Shown: positions 13,154 through 27,639 of the stretch, one piece after another
How the letters are laid out: each line of letters opens with the position of its first letter
Position numbering within the stretch: position 1 is the stretch's first letter
Source: Octopus sinensis
Taxonomy: Eukaryota
Direction of reading: 5' to 3'
Assembly: GCF_006345805.1 (NCBI RefSeq)
Contig: NC_043010.1
Location: forward strand, 23,746,001-23,810,000
Length of the DNA: 64,000 nucleotides
The notes under the pieces: model-generated
Databases searched by the model: none
The model's input: the letters and a program-made list of their open reading frames with translations, nothing else
What the model was told of the DNA's origin: nothing
Translations under genes and position numbers: made by a program

Positions 13154-13501
13154 ATTATATGAATAATTGTTATTTTAACGACACTTGACAATTGAAGGCG
13201 AAGTGTATTTGGTGGAATTCGAAACTATAATGTAGATGGCTGTAATCGGACATCGTAAGAAATTGCTCTGCCTGTAGCACCGATTATGTGTACTGGACGT
13301 AGTGTGGCATTGGAGAAAAGTAGACAGCTATTAAAAAAAGAAACGAGAAAATGAAAGCATAGAAAAAAGATGTGATCAAGAACTTGCTGAGAATTGAAAC
13401 AGAACCTCTATGACCATAAGCTAGAAATTTAGTAGATAACTTCGCTAAAAAAAAATAAACGCAAGCGCAGTCAAATTTACAATGCGGAAGCACTCATACA
13501 A

Positions 13502-13586
<85 letters not shown>

Positions 13587-13754
13587 TATGTATGTGTGTG
13601 TGTGTGTGTAATATATATATAATGCATACATACATATGCATGTACTTCGATAGAGAAAATCCTTATATTATCACTTGTATGTATTCACACAGCCAAAGAA
13701 TATATATTTATATATGAGTCCGTTGAGACATGCATTTATCATAAACATACACAA

Positions 13755-13820
<66 letters not shown>

Positions 13821-13861
13821 CACACACGCATTCATATATACACACAGATCTCTATATCTAT

Positions 13862-13945
<84 letters not shown>

Positions 13946-14249
13946 CACATATATATATGTACTCACACACTAATATGATGTGCTGTGTGTTAATGTTTTA
14001 TTGATTTTCTGTAAAAATTTAAATGAAGTTATTCAATTTCAGACAGTCATAAACATTTCAGCAATAAAGAATGTCCAATCATTTTGACATATACATACAT
14101 GCATGAATAGACACACTCTCACACATACATGCATACATACAAACACACACACACACGGATAGATAGACAGGTAGTTGGACAGACAGATGCTAATCATTTT
14201 CCTCTGTTTACACGCTCATACGCATATGTTTATATATCTGTGTGTGTAC

Positions 14250-14289
<40 letters not shown>

Positions 14290-14379
14290 TTATATATATA
14301 CATATATATATATATACATATATTTATATATATATATATTATATATATATATATACATATATTTATATATATGTGTATA

Positions 14380-14442
<63 letters not shown>

Positions 14443-14819
14443 TTATTTATTCGTATGTATGTATGTACATATGTATGTATATATGTATGCACATACAAAC
14501 ACACGAAGATAATTATTATGAGTGTCAGCTGAATTTCATTCACTGCTGGAATAAAAAATAATTTTCTGTACTAAACCGAAATTGTTTAGTTACAGAATAA
14601 AATCGTTACTTTATGACGAAAGGTGATGAGTTCGAACGAAAAGTACAGATGATACAAGCCTGAGGACCTGAGAACATGGTTTTCATGTATCTGTGATGTT
14701 CACTTTTGCACTACGTTTCAATAGCTTTGATTTTCAGTCATCCTCAAATGTCTTAAACTTACTCCTGGCAATTCCAACAGGAAATTCTATCAACGAAATT
14801 ATTCAAGAGAATATGAATA

Positions 14820-15082
14820 CTACTGTCCTATATTTTAGAGATAAGGAATTGAGTACACTATTTACATTGGACGGATGTTTTATCCCCATCTTGTTTGCTG
14901 TTACCACAACGTTTCGGCTGATGTACTCTCCAGCCTTCAGAGTATCCCAGTTGTCAAATAAAGGGTTGGAATCGAAATTCCACCAGGGCACCTGATGAAG
15001 GCTGGAGAGTAGATCAGCCGAAGCGTTGTGGTAACAACAAACAAGATGAGTATACATATTAGTCCAATGTAAATAATGTACT
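14820..15082. mobile_element. Penelope-like inverted terminal element (family B)
   Basis: Arms at about 14853-14940 and 14992-15082 are reverse complements; CTGATGA-AGGCTG...CAGCC-GAAGCGTTGTG hammerhead-like core. Confidence 0.6.
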
Positions 15083-15113
15083 ATGACTAATTGAAGAAGA
15101 AGAAGAAGAAGAA

Positions 15114-15176
<63 letters not shown>

Positions 15177-15183
15177 GAAGAAT

Positions 15184-16510
15184 CAAAATTCAATGACTAG
15201 GGAAAGGATCAGAAAAGAATGTTATCGCAAGGGAAGGGCTATTCTCACGACAGAGCTGAATACAAAAACAGGATCGAAGCGATCAATACTTTAGCCATAC
15301 CAGTCGTGACTTACAGTTTGATTATCATTATCTGGTCAATTACTGAAATATGTAATCTTGACAGAAAAATACGAAAATTGTTGACAATGCATAGAATGCA
15401 CCACCCTAATGCAGATATAGAACGACTTTACCTGCCTAGAAGAGAGGGTAACCGTGGACTTTTACAACTGGAATTAACAATGTAGATTGCCACAATTGGC
15501 TACAATACGTACCTGGAAAACTCTAATGACTGGATGTTAAAACTTGTCTTAAAGCATGAAAAGAAGAAAGCATCAAACTCTGTAACAAAATAAGCAAAGT
15601 AATATCTAAGTGAATTCCAAATACAACAAATACAAGCAAAGAAAAAGCTAAGCGCATGAAAACCCGTGCTAAAACTGCTGCCTTAGATATTCTTACTGAT
15701 AAATAGCAAAATAAAATGCCTCTCAATGGCAAATACCCAAAGAGAACGAATAATGCCGATGTTGACAAAGCACTTACCCATCAATGGTTAGTGTCATCTG
15801 GCTTGAAATCAGAAACAGAAGTGTTTATCATAGCAGTCTAAGATCGATGCCTACCTACAAGGAGCCACGAGGCCAACATATTAAAGAACTGCAGTAGCCC
15901 AACATGCTGTGCATGTAAACAACAAAATGAAGCCATTGATCATGTCTCCAAGTGTAGTCTTCTTGCGCCTACAGAGTATCTCATCAGGCATGATAGAGCA
16001 ACACAATATATTCACTCGGTACTTAGCAAAAACTTGGACCTCTCCCATGAAAAAAACTGGTGGGAACACAAACCACCTCCAGTGCTTGCAAATGATCACA
16101 TCTCACTCCTCTGGAATGTCACCGTTCAAACTGACAGAAAGATAAATGGAAATTGGCAAAATGTAGAACCTCAAGACTAAATCAATGTCTGTTGTCGTAG
16201 GTGCCCTAGGAATGATAGCAAACGGGGCTGATTCCTACTTATCCCAGATATCAGGAAACTTCAATATGGCAGAAATTCAAAAGATAGTGCTCATGGGAAC
16301 TGCCCATATCCTACGCAAAACACCATCAATGTAATCTCAAATTTTAAAACAAACTTATAATTTTCTTACGTTTTGTTATGTTTCTTTGTGCAAAACTAAA
16401 TATATGACACCCTAGGCACAACAGCAACATGAACTTCTAACCTGTTGTCTCTTGAGGTCTCTGGGTAAGATTTGGAGTCAACTTGTACAAATACAAAGCA
16501 AAAGTCAAAC

Positions 16511-16511
<1 letters not shown>
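15184..16511 (+). mobile_element. R4/Dong-clade LINE, 5'-truncated and degenerate (subfamily A)
   Basis: NRIEAINTLAIPVVTYS, MHHPNADIERLYLPRREGNRGL and C-terminal IVLMGTAHILRK motifs; stop at about 16334; 3' UTR followed by (TAA)n. Confidence 0.85.
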
Positions 16512-16587
<76 letters not shown>

Positions 16588-16610
16588 TTAATAATAATAA
16601 TAATAATAAT

Positions 16611-16830
16611 AAAAGTGATACCAGTGGTGATCGGAGCGTTGGGCTCAATCCCATTGAAACTTCATATAAGGCGACTGGAAATCCTATGCAAGATTGATGT
16701 CTAGCAAAAAGTATCCTTACTCGGCACAGCGCACATCTTAAGGAAGGTATTAGCTGTCTGCGGTCCTTGTTGTGACTTGACAGATGACTAAAGACTCCGG
16801 TGCATTTTACCTACATTGTGTTACGAAGGA
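16611..16830 (+). mobile_element. R4/Dong LINE 3' end (subfamily B)
   Basis: KVIPVVIGALG...QKVSLLGTAHILRKVL; flanked by (TAA)n on both sides. Confidence 0.8.
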
Positions 16831-16836
16831 ATAATG

Positions 16837-16893
<57 letters not shown>

Positions 16894-16896
<3 letters not shown>

Positions 16897-17411
16897 GCTC
16901 TGATCTTAACTGATTGGAAGTGTTATCATGTACATTGTTTTGTCTTGGTATAAATGGGCTACAGCAAATATTCTGCTCAATACCACAGGTTTGCTTGTCA
17001 GTTGTTTGACCTTAACCAGTTGAGCATGTCCCTTAGTGGCTGACGATATGTGCATCTCTGATCACGAGCAGAAGTAGTGGGGGAGCATCATGGCCATGTG
17101 TTGAGAGGGATTCTTTGGAGTTTGAATGGTTCACCTCTGGAAACGTAGTGTTTCGTCCAACATCCTAAAGCAACCCTTATTCAGGGACCGTTTGAGCAGG
17201 ATGGGCTACTCAACCTGAAGAAAAATTCTATGGGCCCCACCTGCAAGGTCATGTGTTGTTTATCTTGATATGAGATCACCATGTCGCGCACATATGGTTG
17301 TGATGCATGTGCCTGGTGTACCTTTATCAGACGGGTAGTCATGATGGGTATATTGGGCTTCGTATATTTTACCCCAGTGTCACTTTGATGGCATGAACTG
17401 CTCTCTCACTC
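16894..17411 (+). mobile_element. (TAA)n-flanked ~550-bp non-coding repeat, copy 1 (5'-truncated)
   Basis: Highly similar to 24358-24902 and 25095-25644; same 3' end CTCTCTCACTC-(AAT)n. Confidence 0.8.
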
Positions 17412-17480
<69 letters not shown>

Positions 17481-17483
<3 letters not shown>

Positions 17484-17817
17484 GGAAGCAAACGATGCTG
17501 GATCATAGATGCCCAGCTAACAACAAGGTATGCGATAAGGAAGAAAGAAAAGTCGATAGATATGACAGATTAGCTTAGGAGATTAAGCAGTTATGGTCGC
17601 TGAAAAAGGTGGTAGTAGTGCCAATAATTGTCGGAGCCCCCGGAACAGTGAGTAAAAATCTTGGGATGTACATGGAAGAAATGAGGGCTACAATAAGGGT
17701 GGATCACTTGCAGAAAACAGCACTGCTTGGAACCGCTAGAATACTCCGGAAGGTACTAGAAAAATAAGGGGTGTTAATACATCTCCAGCGTTAGAAGCTG
17801 TGCAAAGACAATAAAAG
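17481..17817 (+). mobile_element. R4/Dong LINE 3' end (subfamily C)
   Basis: Closely matches 21100-21476; QKTALLGTARILRKVLEK*; flanked by (TAA)n. Confidence 0.85.
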
Positions 17818-18596
17818 AATAATAATAATTTACTTTATTTCCCAGTAAGACTGAGGATGAACAACGACAACAACAACAACAATAACATCAACAGCATCAG
17901 GCATTAAGTTTTTTGTTGTTTTTCTTTTTTACTAAAATACGTATGCATGTAGCATCTAACCGAAATATTTTTTGTAAATATAACGTAGAAGACTATTTGA
18001 AATTCCAGAGAACGAAACGTGAAATATTTTCTTAAAGAAAGAAAGCCTTTTTTTTTATTTCAGAAATAGCGTGGGATTATGTAAGATTTAAAGACATAAT
18101 TACAGACACCATCAAGGTTAATGGTGTTTGGTTGGAACTGTACATTATTACATCTTGAAAGAATAGAAGAATCCATTAATTCCAGAAACGTCCTTGATAC
18201 ATACACACACACATACATACATACATACACGCATGCATTATGCGCATATTTATATATGTGTGTATTTATGTAAGAGAGTGAAAGAGAGGCTTTGAGAGTA
18301 AGTTGTGTATAGTATTAGCACTATTTATGCTACGATGCATCACTTCAATTGCATTAGTTGCACTTGTGCTCTACTTGTCTTCAATCGAACGATCAATATT
18401 CCTGAACACTCATTAGTAAGATCGATACGAAAACATATAAAAAGAAATTCAGTTTGAAATCGGAATAAAGAGTATTACATATATATATATATAAATATTA
18501 TATATAATATTAGATATGCATGTGTCTATGTATATCTATATATTTGTAGTATATATATACATACATACATACATACATATATACATATACACATGC

Positions 18597-18627
<31 letters not shown>

Positions 18628-19239
18628 CATATATGCATACATATATATATGCATGTATGTATGTATATATGCATGTATGTATATATGTATGTATGTATGC
18701 ATTGCTGTATGTATTCATCTAAATATGCATTTAATAACTTATGTAGATATGTACTCCCATATATATAACTGCATATATTTATTTGTATATCTTTATATAT
18801 ATTCACACACACACACTCATACATACGTATATATATCTGTGTGTGTATGAGTATGTGTAGGCGGGTGTGTGTGTAGGTGTGTATGTGTGTGTATGTGTGT
18901 GTGTGTTTAGGTGCATTCATAAATATATAAACACAAATATACATACGTGTATTTCTGTGTACGAGTTACACTTCTTTTTCATTTAAGAGGAAAAAAAAAG
19001 AGAAAAATGTATATTAAGAGGTACATGCGCGCGCACACACACACAAACGCACACACAGATACACACCACACATTTCTTGTACAGAAAAGAAGAAGTCTTT
19101 TGAAAATATATAACCTAAAATAAAGAAAAACTTCCTTAGAACGCAGAAACGACGGGAAAGTTGAAAGTTGCACAGCTTACGTTTGTAGGAGAAAATGCGG
19201 TACTTCTTTATCCTCTTCTTCTTCGTCTTCTTCTTCTTC

Positions 19240-19266
19240 TTCTTATTATTATTATTTTTATTATTA

Positions 19267-19318
<52 letters not shown>

Positions 19319-19439
19319 CATTATTATTATTGCTATTGCAGTTATTGTTGTTGTTGTGGTAGCGGCGGTTATTACTATTATTATTATTATTATTATTATC
19401 ATTATTATCATTGTTATTTATTATTATTATCATTATTAC

Positions 19440-19491
<52 letters not shown>

Positions 19492-19663
19492 GCTATTGTT
19501 ATTGTTGTTCTTGTGGTAGCGGCGGCTATTACTATTATTATTATCATTATTATCATTGTTATTTATTATTATTATTATTATCGTTATTATTATTATTATT
19601 ATAATAATTATTATTTTTATTATTATTATTACTATTATTATTATCATTATTATCATTGTTATC

Positions 19664-19696
<33 letters not shown>

Positions 19697-19943
19697 CGTT
19701 ATTATTATTATTATTGTTGTTATTATTATTATTATTACTATTATTATTATCATTATTATCAATGTTATTTATTATTATTATCGTTATTATTGTCATTATT
19801 ATTATTATTGTTATCGTTATTATTATTATCATTATTATCATTATTATTATTATCATCATCATCATCATCGTTATTATTATTATTATTGTTATTATTATTA
19901 TTATTATTACTATTTTTATTATTATTATTATTATTATTATCAA

Positions 19944-19988
<45 letters not shown>

Positions 19989-19990
19989 CT
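19240..19990. repeat. Long (TTA)n array with internal higher-order duplications
   Basis: The TGCTATTG..GTGGTAGCGGCGG..ATCATTATTATCATTGTTATT block recurs near 19330 and 19490. Confidence 0.95.
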
Positions 19991-20438
19991 TTCGTGCTGT
20001 GTCGTTGTTCAATGTTGATATTAATATTGTTATTTTTATTATTACTATTAGTAAGATTATTTTTTTAAATACTACTAATACTAATCGCGAAGTAGTATTT
20101 AAAGAAAAATATTTGTGGAAGCAGAAATAATAATACTAACAATCTTGAAAATAAATGAAATTTTATGTGGTTAAAAGAAATAAATTTGCTGTTAGCTAAA
20201 GAAAGAGAACTAAATCGAAGAAAAAGAAAGAGTAAAATGAAGGAGAAAGAAATTGAAAGAGAGGGAAGAATGAGACCAAGGGAGAAATACAATAAAGGAG
20301 AGAAAGAGATTGAGTGAGAGAGAGAGAGAATAAAGATTTTGGGAGAGAGAGAAACTCAATATATGGAAATAAAAATGTTAATAGATAGAGAAATGAGGAC
20401 ATTGTGTGTATATGTGCGTGAGTGTGTGTGCACGCGTA

Positions 20439-20480
<42 letters not shown>

Positions 20481-20635
20481 TGTCTGTATGTGTGTGAGTG
20501 TGGTTGCAAACGCCTGTGTTTGTGATAGAGGGCGGGTTGAGTATTGAGATTAAATTATTCCCTAGGGGTGAATACGTGTAAGGGAATAATACTAAATGAA
20601 ATGATGATGCACACAAGACAGCAAAGATAATAATG

Positions 20636-20830
20636 ATTTCAAATTTTGGCACAAGGCCAGCAATTTAAGGGCAAGGGGTAAGTCGATGACATCTAAGGCT
20701 CATATGGTACTCAATTACTTCAATCCCGAATGGATGAAAGGCAAAGTCGAGCTCGGCGGAATGTGAACACAGAACGTAAAAACAGACGAAATGTCGATAA
20801 GCATTTTGCCCGGCGTGCTAAAGGTTCTGC
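20636..20830 (-). mobile_element. SINE family 2, tail C
   Basis: Reverse-complement core; tail TGGC-CTTGT-GCCA. Confidence 0.8.
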
Positions 20831-20831
20831 C

Positions 20832-20872
<41 letters not shown>

Positions 20873-20900
20873 TGATAATAATAATAATAATAATAATAAT

Positions 20901-21473
20901 TATAAAAGACGCCACGACAATATCGCAAGGCTTGTCCATTGGACACTTTGCAACAAGTATGGACTTGACAGAGCAAAAAATTGGTACGACCACAAACCCA
21001 AAGGCATCATCGAAAATGATAATGCAAAGATCCTGTGAGATTTTATGATTCAGTGCAACCATGCGTTAGAGCATAGAGAGCCAGACATAGTCTTAATTCA
21101 GAAAGAAAGCAAACGATGCTTGATCATAGATATAGCATGCCCAACTGACAACAAGTTATGCGATAAGGAAGAAAGAAAAATCGATAGATATGATAGGTTA
21201 GCTTGGGAGGTTAAGCAGTTATGGCCGATGAAAAAGATGGCAGTAGTGCCAAAAATTGTCGGAGCCCTCGTAACGGTGAGTAAAAATCTTGATAACTACG
21301 TGGAACAAATAGGGGCTGCAATAAGGGTGGAACACTTTCAGAAAACAGCACTGCTTGGAACCGCTCGGATACTCCGGAAGGTGCTCGAAAAATAAGAGGC
21401 GTTACGTTAGTTCACTGATAGTGAACAGCTGACACCGTAGAACATCTCCAGCGTTAGAAGCTGTGCAAAGGCA

Positions 21474-21476
<3 letters not shown>
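20901..21476 (+). mobile_element. R4/Dong LINE 3' fragment (subfamily C) with restriction-like endonuclease
   Basis: RRHDNIARLVHWTLC, KIL*DF, HREPDIVL, CLIIDIACP (PD..D) and LLGTARILRKVLEK*; flanked by (TAA)n. Confidence 0.9.
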
Positions 21477-21529
<53 letters not shown>

Positions 21530-21534
21530 GGATG

Positions 21535-21588
<54 letters not shown>

Positions 21589-21613
21589 TAATAATAATAA
21601 TAATAAAAATAAT

Positions 21614-24337
21614 AAGGATCCGCCGGTATGAGAAACGCCAACGTTTCTTTGAATAAAACAAACAGTTCAACTCCAACCCACAGAAGTTCTACCAAGAACT
21701 TGGCAAAAATAAAATAGACATCACTGCAGCACCAACGACAAAAGAAGTGGAAGAATTCTGGAAAGGAATATGGTCGGCGAATGAACAACCAAAATAAAGA
21801 AGTATTAAAACAACAAACATAGCATCTGAGCAACTTTGGACCCCCATTACAACTGAAGAGATCACCCAGGCACTGCAAGGACTAAGCAACTGGAAGGCAA
21901 CTGGACATGATAAGATCCCCCAACTTCTGGTTGAAATATCTACCAGGAATGCACAAAAGCTGGCTGAAAGCTTAACAACATACTGGCAGAGCAAGAGACA
22001 ATGCCCTGAATGGCTCATGAAGGGAAAATCATCTTAATGCCCAAATTCCATCATGAGACAGCAAAACCAGAAAACTACAGACCTATAAACCTGTTCCCTA
22101 ACTGTACAAGGCATTTACTGCAGTAATTCACAAAGATTAAACATGCACTTGGACGAAACACCTGTTTCAGAAGAGCAAAAGGATGCCGCAAAGGCTCATA
22201 TGGCTGTAAAGATCCACTAATGATCAATAAAGCCATAACTGAAGACAGCCACAGAAAGAAGAAAGGCCTCAGTATGGCCCGGACTCGACACAGACAGGCG
22301 TTTGATAACATTCCCCACACATGATCCTCGAAACACTAGCCATTAACAAAGTAGCACCAACAATTATAAGATACATAGGACACTATGAATAAATGGCAAA
22401 CAGTGCTACAGCTCCATGCAAAAGAGGGACTCAAGAAAACCAAAGCCATCCCCATTAGAAGAGGAATATTCCAGGGAGACACGCTATCTCCACTCCTTTT
22501 CTGCTTGGCACTGTCACCTCTATCTGATATGCTAAATATAACTGGATGCAGATATAAACGTTACGGCAAAACGATCAGCCACCTTTTATATATGGATGAC
22601 CTAAAACTATACGCTACAAATGACAAACAGGTGGAAACACTACTAAAGACAGTTCATGGATTTACCAAAGAAATAGATATGAAATTTGGATTAGAAAAAT
22701 GCGCCAAAGTAACCCTGAAAAGAGGAAAAGTAGTTAAGAGTAGCAACATCACACTTTAGATAAAACCAATGAAATAACTACAATACTTAGGAATCCATGA
22801 CTAGATAAGACACAACACACACAAATGAAAGAGAAATAAAAAAGAATATTAAGACGATTTAGATCAAATAAAAACAGAGCCAATGCTAAAACAAGATAAT
22901 AGGTATGACACTTAGCCGTCCCAGTTATAAGTTACAGATACAATATCTTTAACTGACACTAAATGACGGACCAAAATAGATAGGAAAACAAGAAAAATAA
23001 TACAGGGATCTAGGATGCATCACCCAAAATCTGACATAAAAGGCTATATACACGATAGAAGGTGGTAGAGGCCTTATCAGCTGGAAAACTACTATAAAGT
23101 AACCACCATAGGATTGCAAATATTCTACTTCAGAAGGAGGAAAACTGATACAAATAGTGTGCAAAAACATGAGCCAAAATAAAAAATTGTTTCTCAGTAT
23201 TTCAGGAAGCTGACAAATACAAACAACAAATCATACCAACCTAACAAATATGAGAAGAAGAAGAAGAAGAAGAGATAAGAAAGAGAAAGAAGAAGGATAA
23301 GAAGAAGAAGAAGAAGAAGAAGAAGAAAAGGAAGAAGAAGAAGAAGAAGAAGAAGAAGAAGAAGAAGAAGAAGAAGAAGAAGAAAAGAAGAAGAAGAAGA
23401 AGAAGAAACATAAGCTATAAAACAAATGAAATCCAAACTAAAAATAGAACAGCAACGAACCATGATAAAACGATGGCAAGAAAATCCCCTTCATGGCAAA
23501 TACTGGACTAAACTAAATGCAAAAGAAATAGACAAAGAAAAATCCCAGCAATGGTTGAGAAGCTCAAGACTCAAAGCAGAGACAGTGGGATTTTTAATTG
23601 CAGCACAAGACCAAAAGCCTCCCCACCAGAAATTACCAAAAACATGTAATGAAAAGAAATATAACAAGTAACTGCAGAATATGTGGAAATGGACAAGAAA
23701 CAATAAATCATATTATCTCTGGCTGCCCAGTCCTGGCTAAGAAGGAATATATTCACAGACACGCCAGAGTTGGGATCTACATACACTGGAAGCCATGCCA
23801 ACATTATGGAATAACAACAGAAGAAAGACGGTATAGGCACACACCAGAAAAGGTCACAGAAAACGAGAAAGCAACCATACTCTGGGATATGCCAATACAC
23901 ACAGATAGAGAAATTAAGGCCAACAGACCAGATATAGTTGTCAGAGATCACGAAGAAAAAATGCTTTCTAATTGATGTATCAATACCAGCAGATGACAAC
24001 GTCTCTCTAAAAGAAATGGAGAAGCTTTTAAAATATAAATACCTGGAAATAGAGGTAACCAGAATGTGGAATCTAAAAACAGAAACAATTCCTATCATAG
24101 TAGGTGCATTAGGCATGATAAAAAAATATTCAGACAAATACATAACAAAAACACCAAACTTACAAACACATATAACATACAGAAAATTGTACTAATAGGC
24201 ACTGCACACATCCTACGCAGAACACTTTCCATACAGTAACCATCAGAGCATCACAACAAATCACAGCATATACCCAAGGCACACAGAGCTGCGCTCGGTA
24301 GTGAAGTGAAAGCACGATATAAAAATAAAACTACTGA
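21614..24337 (+). mobile_element. R4/Dong-clade LINE, 5'-truncated and frameshifted (subfamily D): RT, CCHC and RLE
   Basis: GIFQGDTLSPLLFCLAL, ISHLLYMDDLKLY, CRICGNGQETINHIISGC, ILWDMPIHTDREIKANRPDIVV; (GAA)n expansion at 23255-23410; flanked by (TAA)n. Confidence 0.93.
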
Positions 24338-24357
24338 ATAATAATAGTAATACTAAT

Positions 24358-24902
24358 GCCCTGATGCACTACCAGGCAATGGCTCTCATGGCTTCTGATC
24401 TTAACTGATTGGCAGTGTTATCATGTACATGGTATAAAAGATGGTCTACAGCAAATATTCTGCTCAATACCACAGATTTGCTTGTCAGTTGTTTGACCTT
24501 AACGAGTTGAGCATGTTCCTTAGTGGCTGACAATATGCGCATCTCTGATCACGAGCAGAAGTAGTGGGGGACCATCATAGCCGTGTGTTGAAAGAAATTC
24601 TTGGAGGTTTCGATAATTCACCTTTGGAAACATGGGTGGTTCGTTGAACATCCTTAAACAACCGTTATTCAGGGACCTTTTGAGCGTGATGGGCTACTCG
24701 ACCAGAAGAAAATTCTAACTGGGCTGCACCTGCCAGGTCATGTGCTGTTTATCTTGATATGAGGTCAGCATGTCGCGCACATATGGTTGTGATGCATGTG
24801 CCTGGTGTACCCTTATCAGACGGGTGGTCATGATGTGTATAATGGGCTTCGTATAATTTGTACCCTAGTGTCACTTTGATGTCATACACTGCTCTCTCAC
24901 TC
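24358..24902 (+). mobile_element. (TAA)n-flanked ~550-bp non-coding repeat, copy 2
   Basis: Starts GCCCTGATGCA; ends CTCTCTCACTC-(AAT)n. Confidence 0.8.
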
Positions 24903-24970
24903 AATATAATAATAATAATAATAATTATTATTATATTATTATTATATATTATTATTATTATTATTATTAT

Positions 24971-25094
<124 letters not shown>

Positions 25095-25644
25095 GCCCTG
25101 ATGCAGTACCAGGCAGTGGCTCTCATGGCTTCTGATCTTAACTGATTGGAAGTGTTATCATGTACATTGTTTTGTCTTGGTATAAAAGATGGGCTACAGC
25201 AAATATTCTGCTCAATACCACAGATTTGCTTGTCAGTGTTTGACCTTAACCAGTTGAGCATGTCCCTTAGTGGCTGACGATATGTGCATCTCTGATCACG
25301 AGCAGAAGTAGTGGGGGAGCATCATAGCCATGTGTTGAGAGGGATTTTAGGGGTTTGAATAATTCACCTCTGGAAACATGGGTGTTTCGTTCAACGTCCT
25401 AAACAACCCTTATTCAGGGACTTTCTGAGCGGGATGGGTTACTCGATCTGAAGAAAATTCTAACTGGGCTCCACCTGCAAGTCATGTGCTGTTTATCTTG
25501 ATATGAGATCACCATGTCGCGCACATATGGTTGTGATGCATGTGCCTGGTGTACCCTTATCAGACGGGTAGTCATGATGGGTATACTGGGCTTCGTATAT
25601 TTTACCCCAGTGTTACTTTGATGGCATGCTCTGCTCGCTCACTC
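25095..25644 (+). mobile_element. (TAA)n-flanked ~550-bp non-coding repeat, copy 3
   Basis: Same start and end as copy 2, separated from it by (TAA)n/(TTA)n. Confidence 0.8.
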
Positions 25645-27516
25645 AATAATAATAATAATAATATATTTCAGTTACGCTATAAATGCAGGTTTACGCCAAG
25701 AACATTATCAGTACATCACACGCATGCGTGAAGTACGTTGCGTTAACTCTAAACGTCTTTGATGAGATTTTTCTCGTATAAAAAATCCGCTGCTTCTAGC
25801 GTTTATTATGTTCTAGGGATACTAATCATGAGGAATACAGACATGAAGGAAAAGAACCAATAATCTAAATAAATCTTGTTTGAAGTGATTTGAAATCTTC
25901 ATTGCCTCTAAAAATTCCCATAAAGACGAATTAGAATTAGAATTGGTGACTGAACTAAGCGAATGGAACAAAACCATTGGTTGAATTATTTTTAACAGGT
26001 TTTCAGGAACAGCGACGAAAGGACTTTGAGAAATATCCCATTGACTGTTTAATCCAATGACTAAGCAATATATCGCTTAGTTAGTTGCTTAAATGATAAT
26101 AATGATAATAAAGAAGTGAATTAGAACCAGTGTGTGTGTCTGCATTTATTATTGGTGTGATGACCCTCTCAAGATACAAGAACATTTGTTTCAACACACC
26201 ATTTCCCATGAAGAAAATTGCAAGTCAAACATAAAAACCAAATCACCTAAACAGTAATTGCATAACAGCGTTTGAAGAGCAATAACTAAGCAGCGCGATT
26301 AGTTAATGCGATTACAATTTTTCGGGCTATTAGCTTCAACTAATTAAGTCTACGTGGTCGCTCGACCGGCTAAAACTAGAAGATTATTCCCATCTAAAAT
26401 CACATCGTAATGTAAACATAGAAATCACAGTTGATAATCAAGTTCTGTTGTAGACAACGAAGAAAAGACCAAAGCTGTGAAAGAACGGCCACGTTTCATA
26501 GGAGTTTGATCGTACATCTATTTATTTTGGGTGGATTTGGTGTTATAAATCAAGGTGCACCACTCGATGAATGCAACTGAAACAGTATGGTATTAAGATC
26601 TCATACCCGTATCATACTCGGTGTACATACACCGTTAAAAGATTTCTGTGTTGTACGTTTGTCCGAAAGAAGAATCTTTTCATAGACATATTGCGTTGTG
26701 TTAAGAGCGCAATAAATATCGGTGTTAGGGCTACATCATCGCAGCTGCCACTCACAGGAATGACATGTGTTTCGCACTACTTGAGGTTTATCGATGCCGT
26801 GCATCCGTTTGTGACTTGCTTCTCCCAAGCAAAATTCACAGTCATACCTTTCAACAGTGTTTGTACATTTGGTATGGTTTATAGAGAGCAAAACTCGCCT
26901 ATCGTTCTCATGAATTATTTTAGCGCCAAAGTTCAGCCCGGTCATATATATATATACATATATATATATATAATGTGTGTGTATATATGTGTGCGTGTGT
27001 TTGTGCGTATGTACGTGTGTGTCGAACGTTGGAATAAGTGCTTAACACTGCATTGGTGGATAAATAATTTCTTTATTTGTGAATCAAGGCTACCATTAGT
27101 TTCATGTTAAGAGTACGAGAATATCCAAATATCTTAACAATATTTCAAGCCGATCATATGGAGACAAATGTTCACCTCCATTTTGGAAAACAATCTCGTT
27201 TCGTTCACGAGATTTCTCGTAGATTCGCGTAAATATTATAGGAGGCAGTTTTGGGAGTTTGTCTCCCTTTGATTTCTTAATTCCTTTGTATCAGTTGCAT
27301 GGTCTTATTCTGGGCGCGGTGTTTTGTACTTGTATGTTGTGTATGCCACTTGATTTATTCGTTTCATTGTTTCATTTACGAGAAATCCTGTGAACGTAAC
27401 AAGATTGATTTCCAAAATGGTAGTGAACATCTATCTACATATGATCGGCTTGAAAAATTGTTAAGATACTTGGATCTTCACCCACTCTTCTTAACATGGA
27501 ACTATGTATATATATA

Positions 27517-27550
<34 letters not shown>

Positions 27551-27639
27551 TCGTATGTATGTATCTAGTAGCTGTTTTCTCGTATACAAGCAAAGCCATT
27601 GCAAGAAAGAATCACTGAAATGAGTCAATGTTGATATAA

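Noticed and set aside
13284-13493. Signal-anchor-like 69-aa ORF as the N-terminus of the 12.5-kb ORF
   Set aside because: It ends in a stop, is not in a continuous frame with the downstream ORF, and its Phe-richness reflects T-rich DNA.
17036-17090. CTGACGA in the 550-bp TAA element as a hammerhead core
   Set aside because: No stem II followed by GAAA and no stem I or III pairing.
26571-27110. 179-aa ORF and antisense YDCEFC...HKRMH motif as a C2H2 zinc-finger gene
   Set aside because: Cys-His spacing is too short for C2H2, there is no splice support, and the ORF tail is microsatellite.
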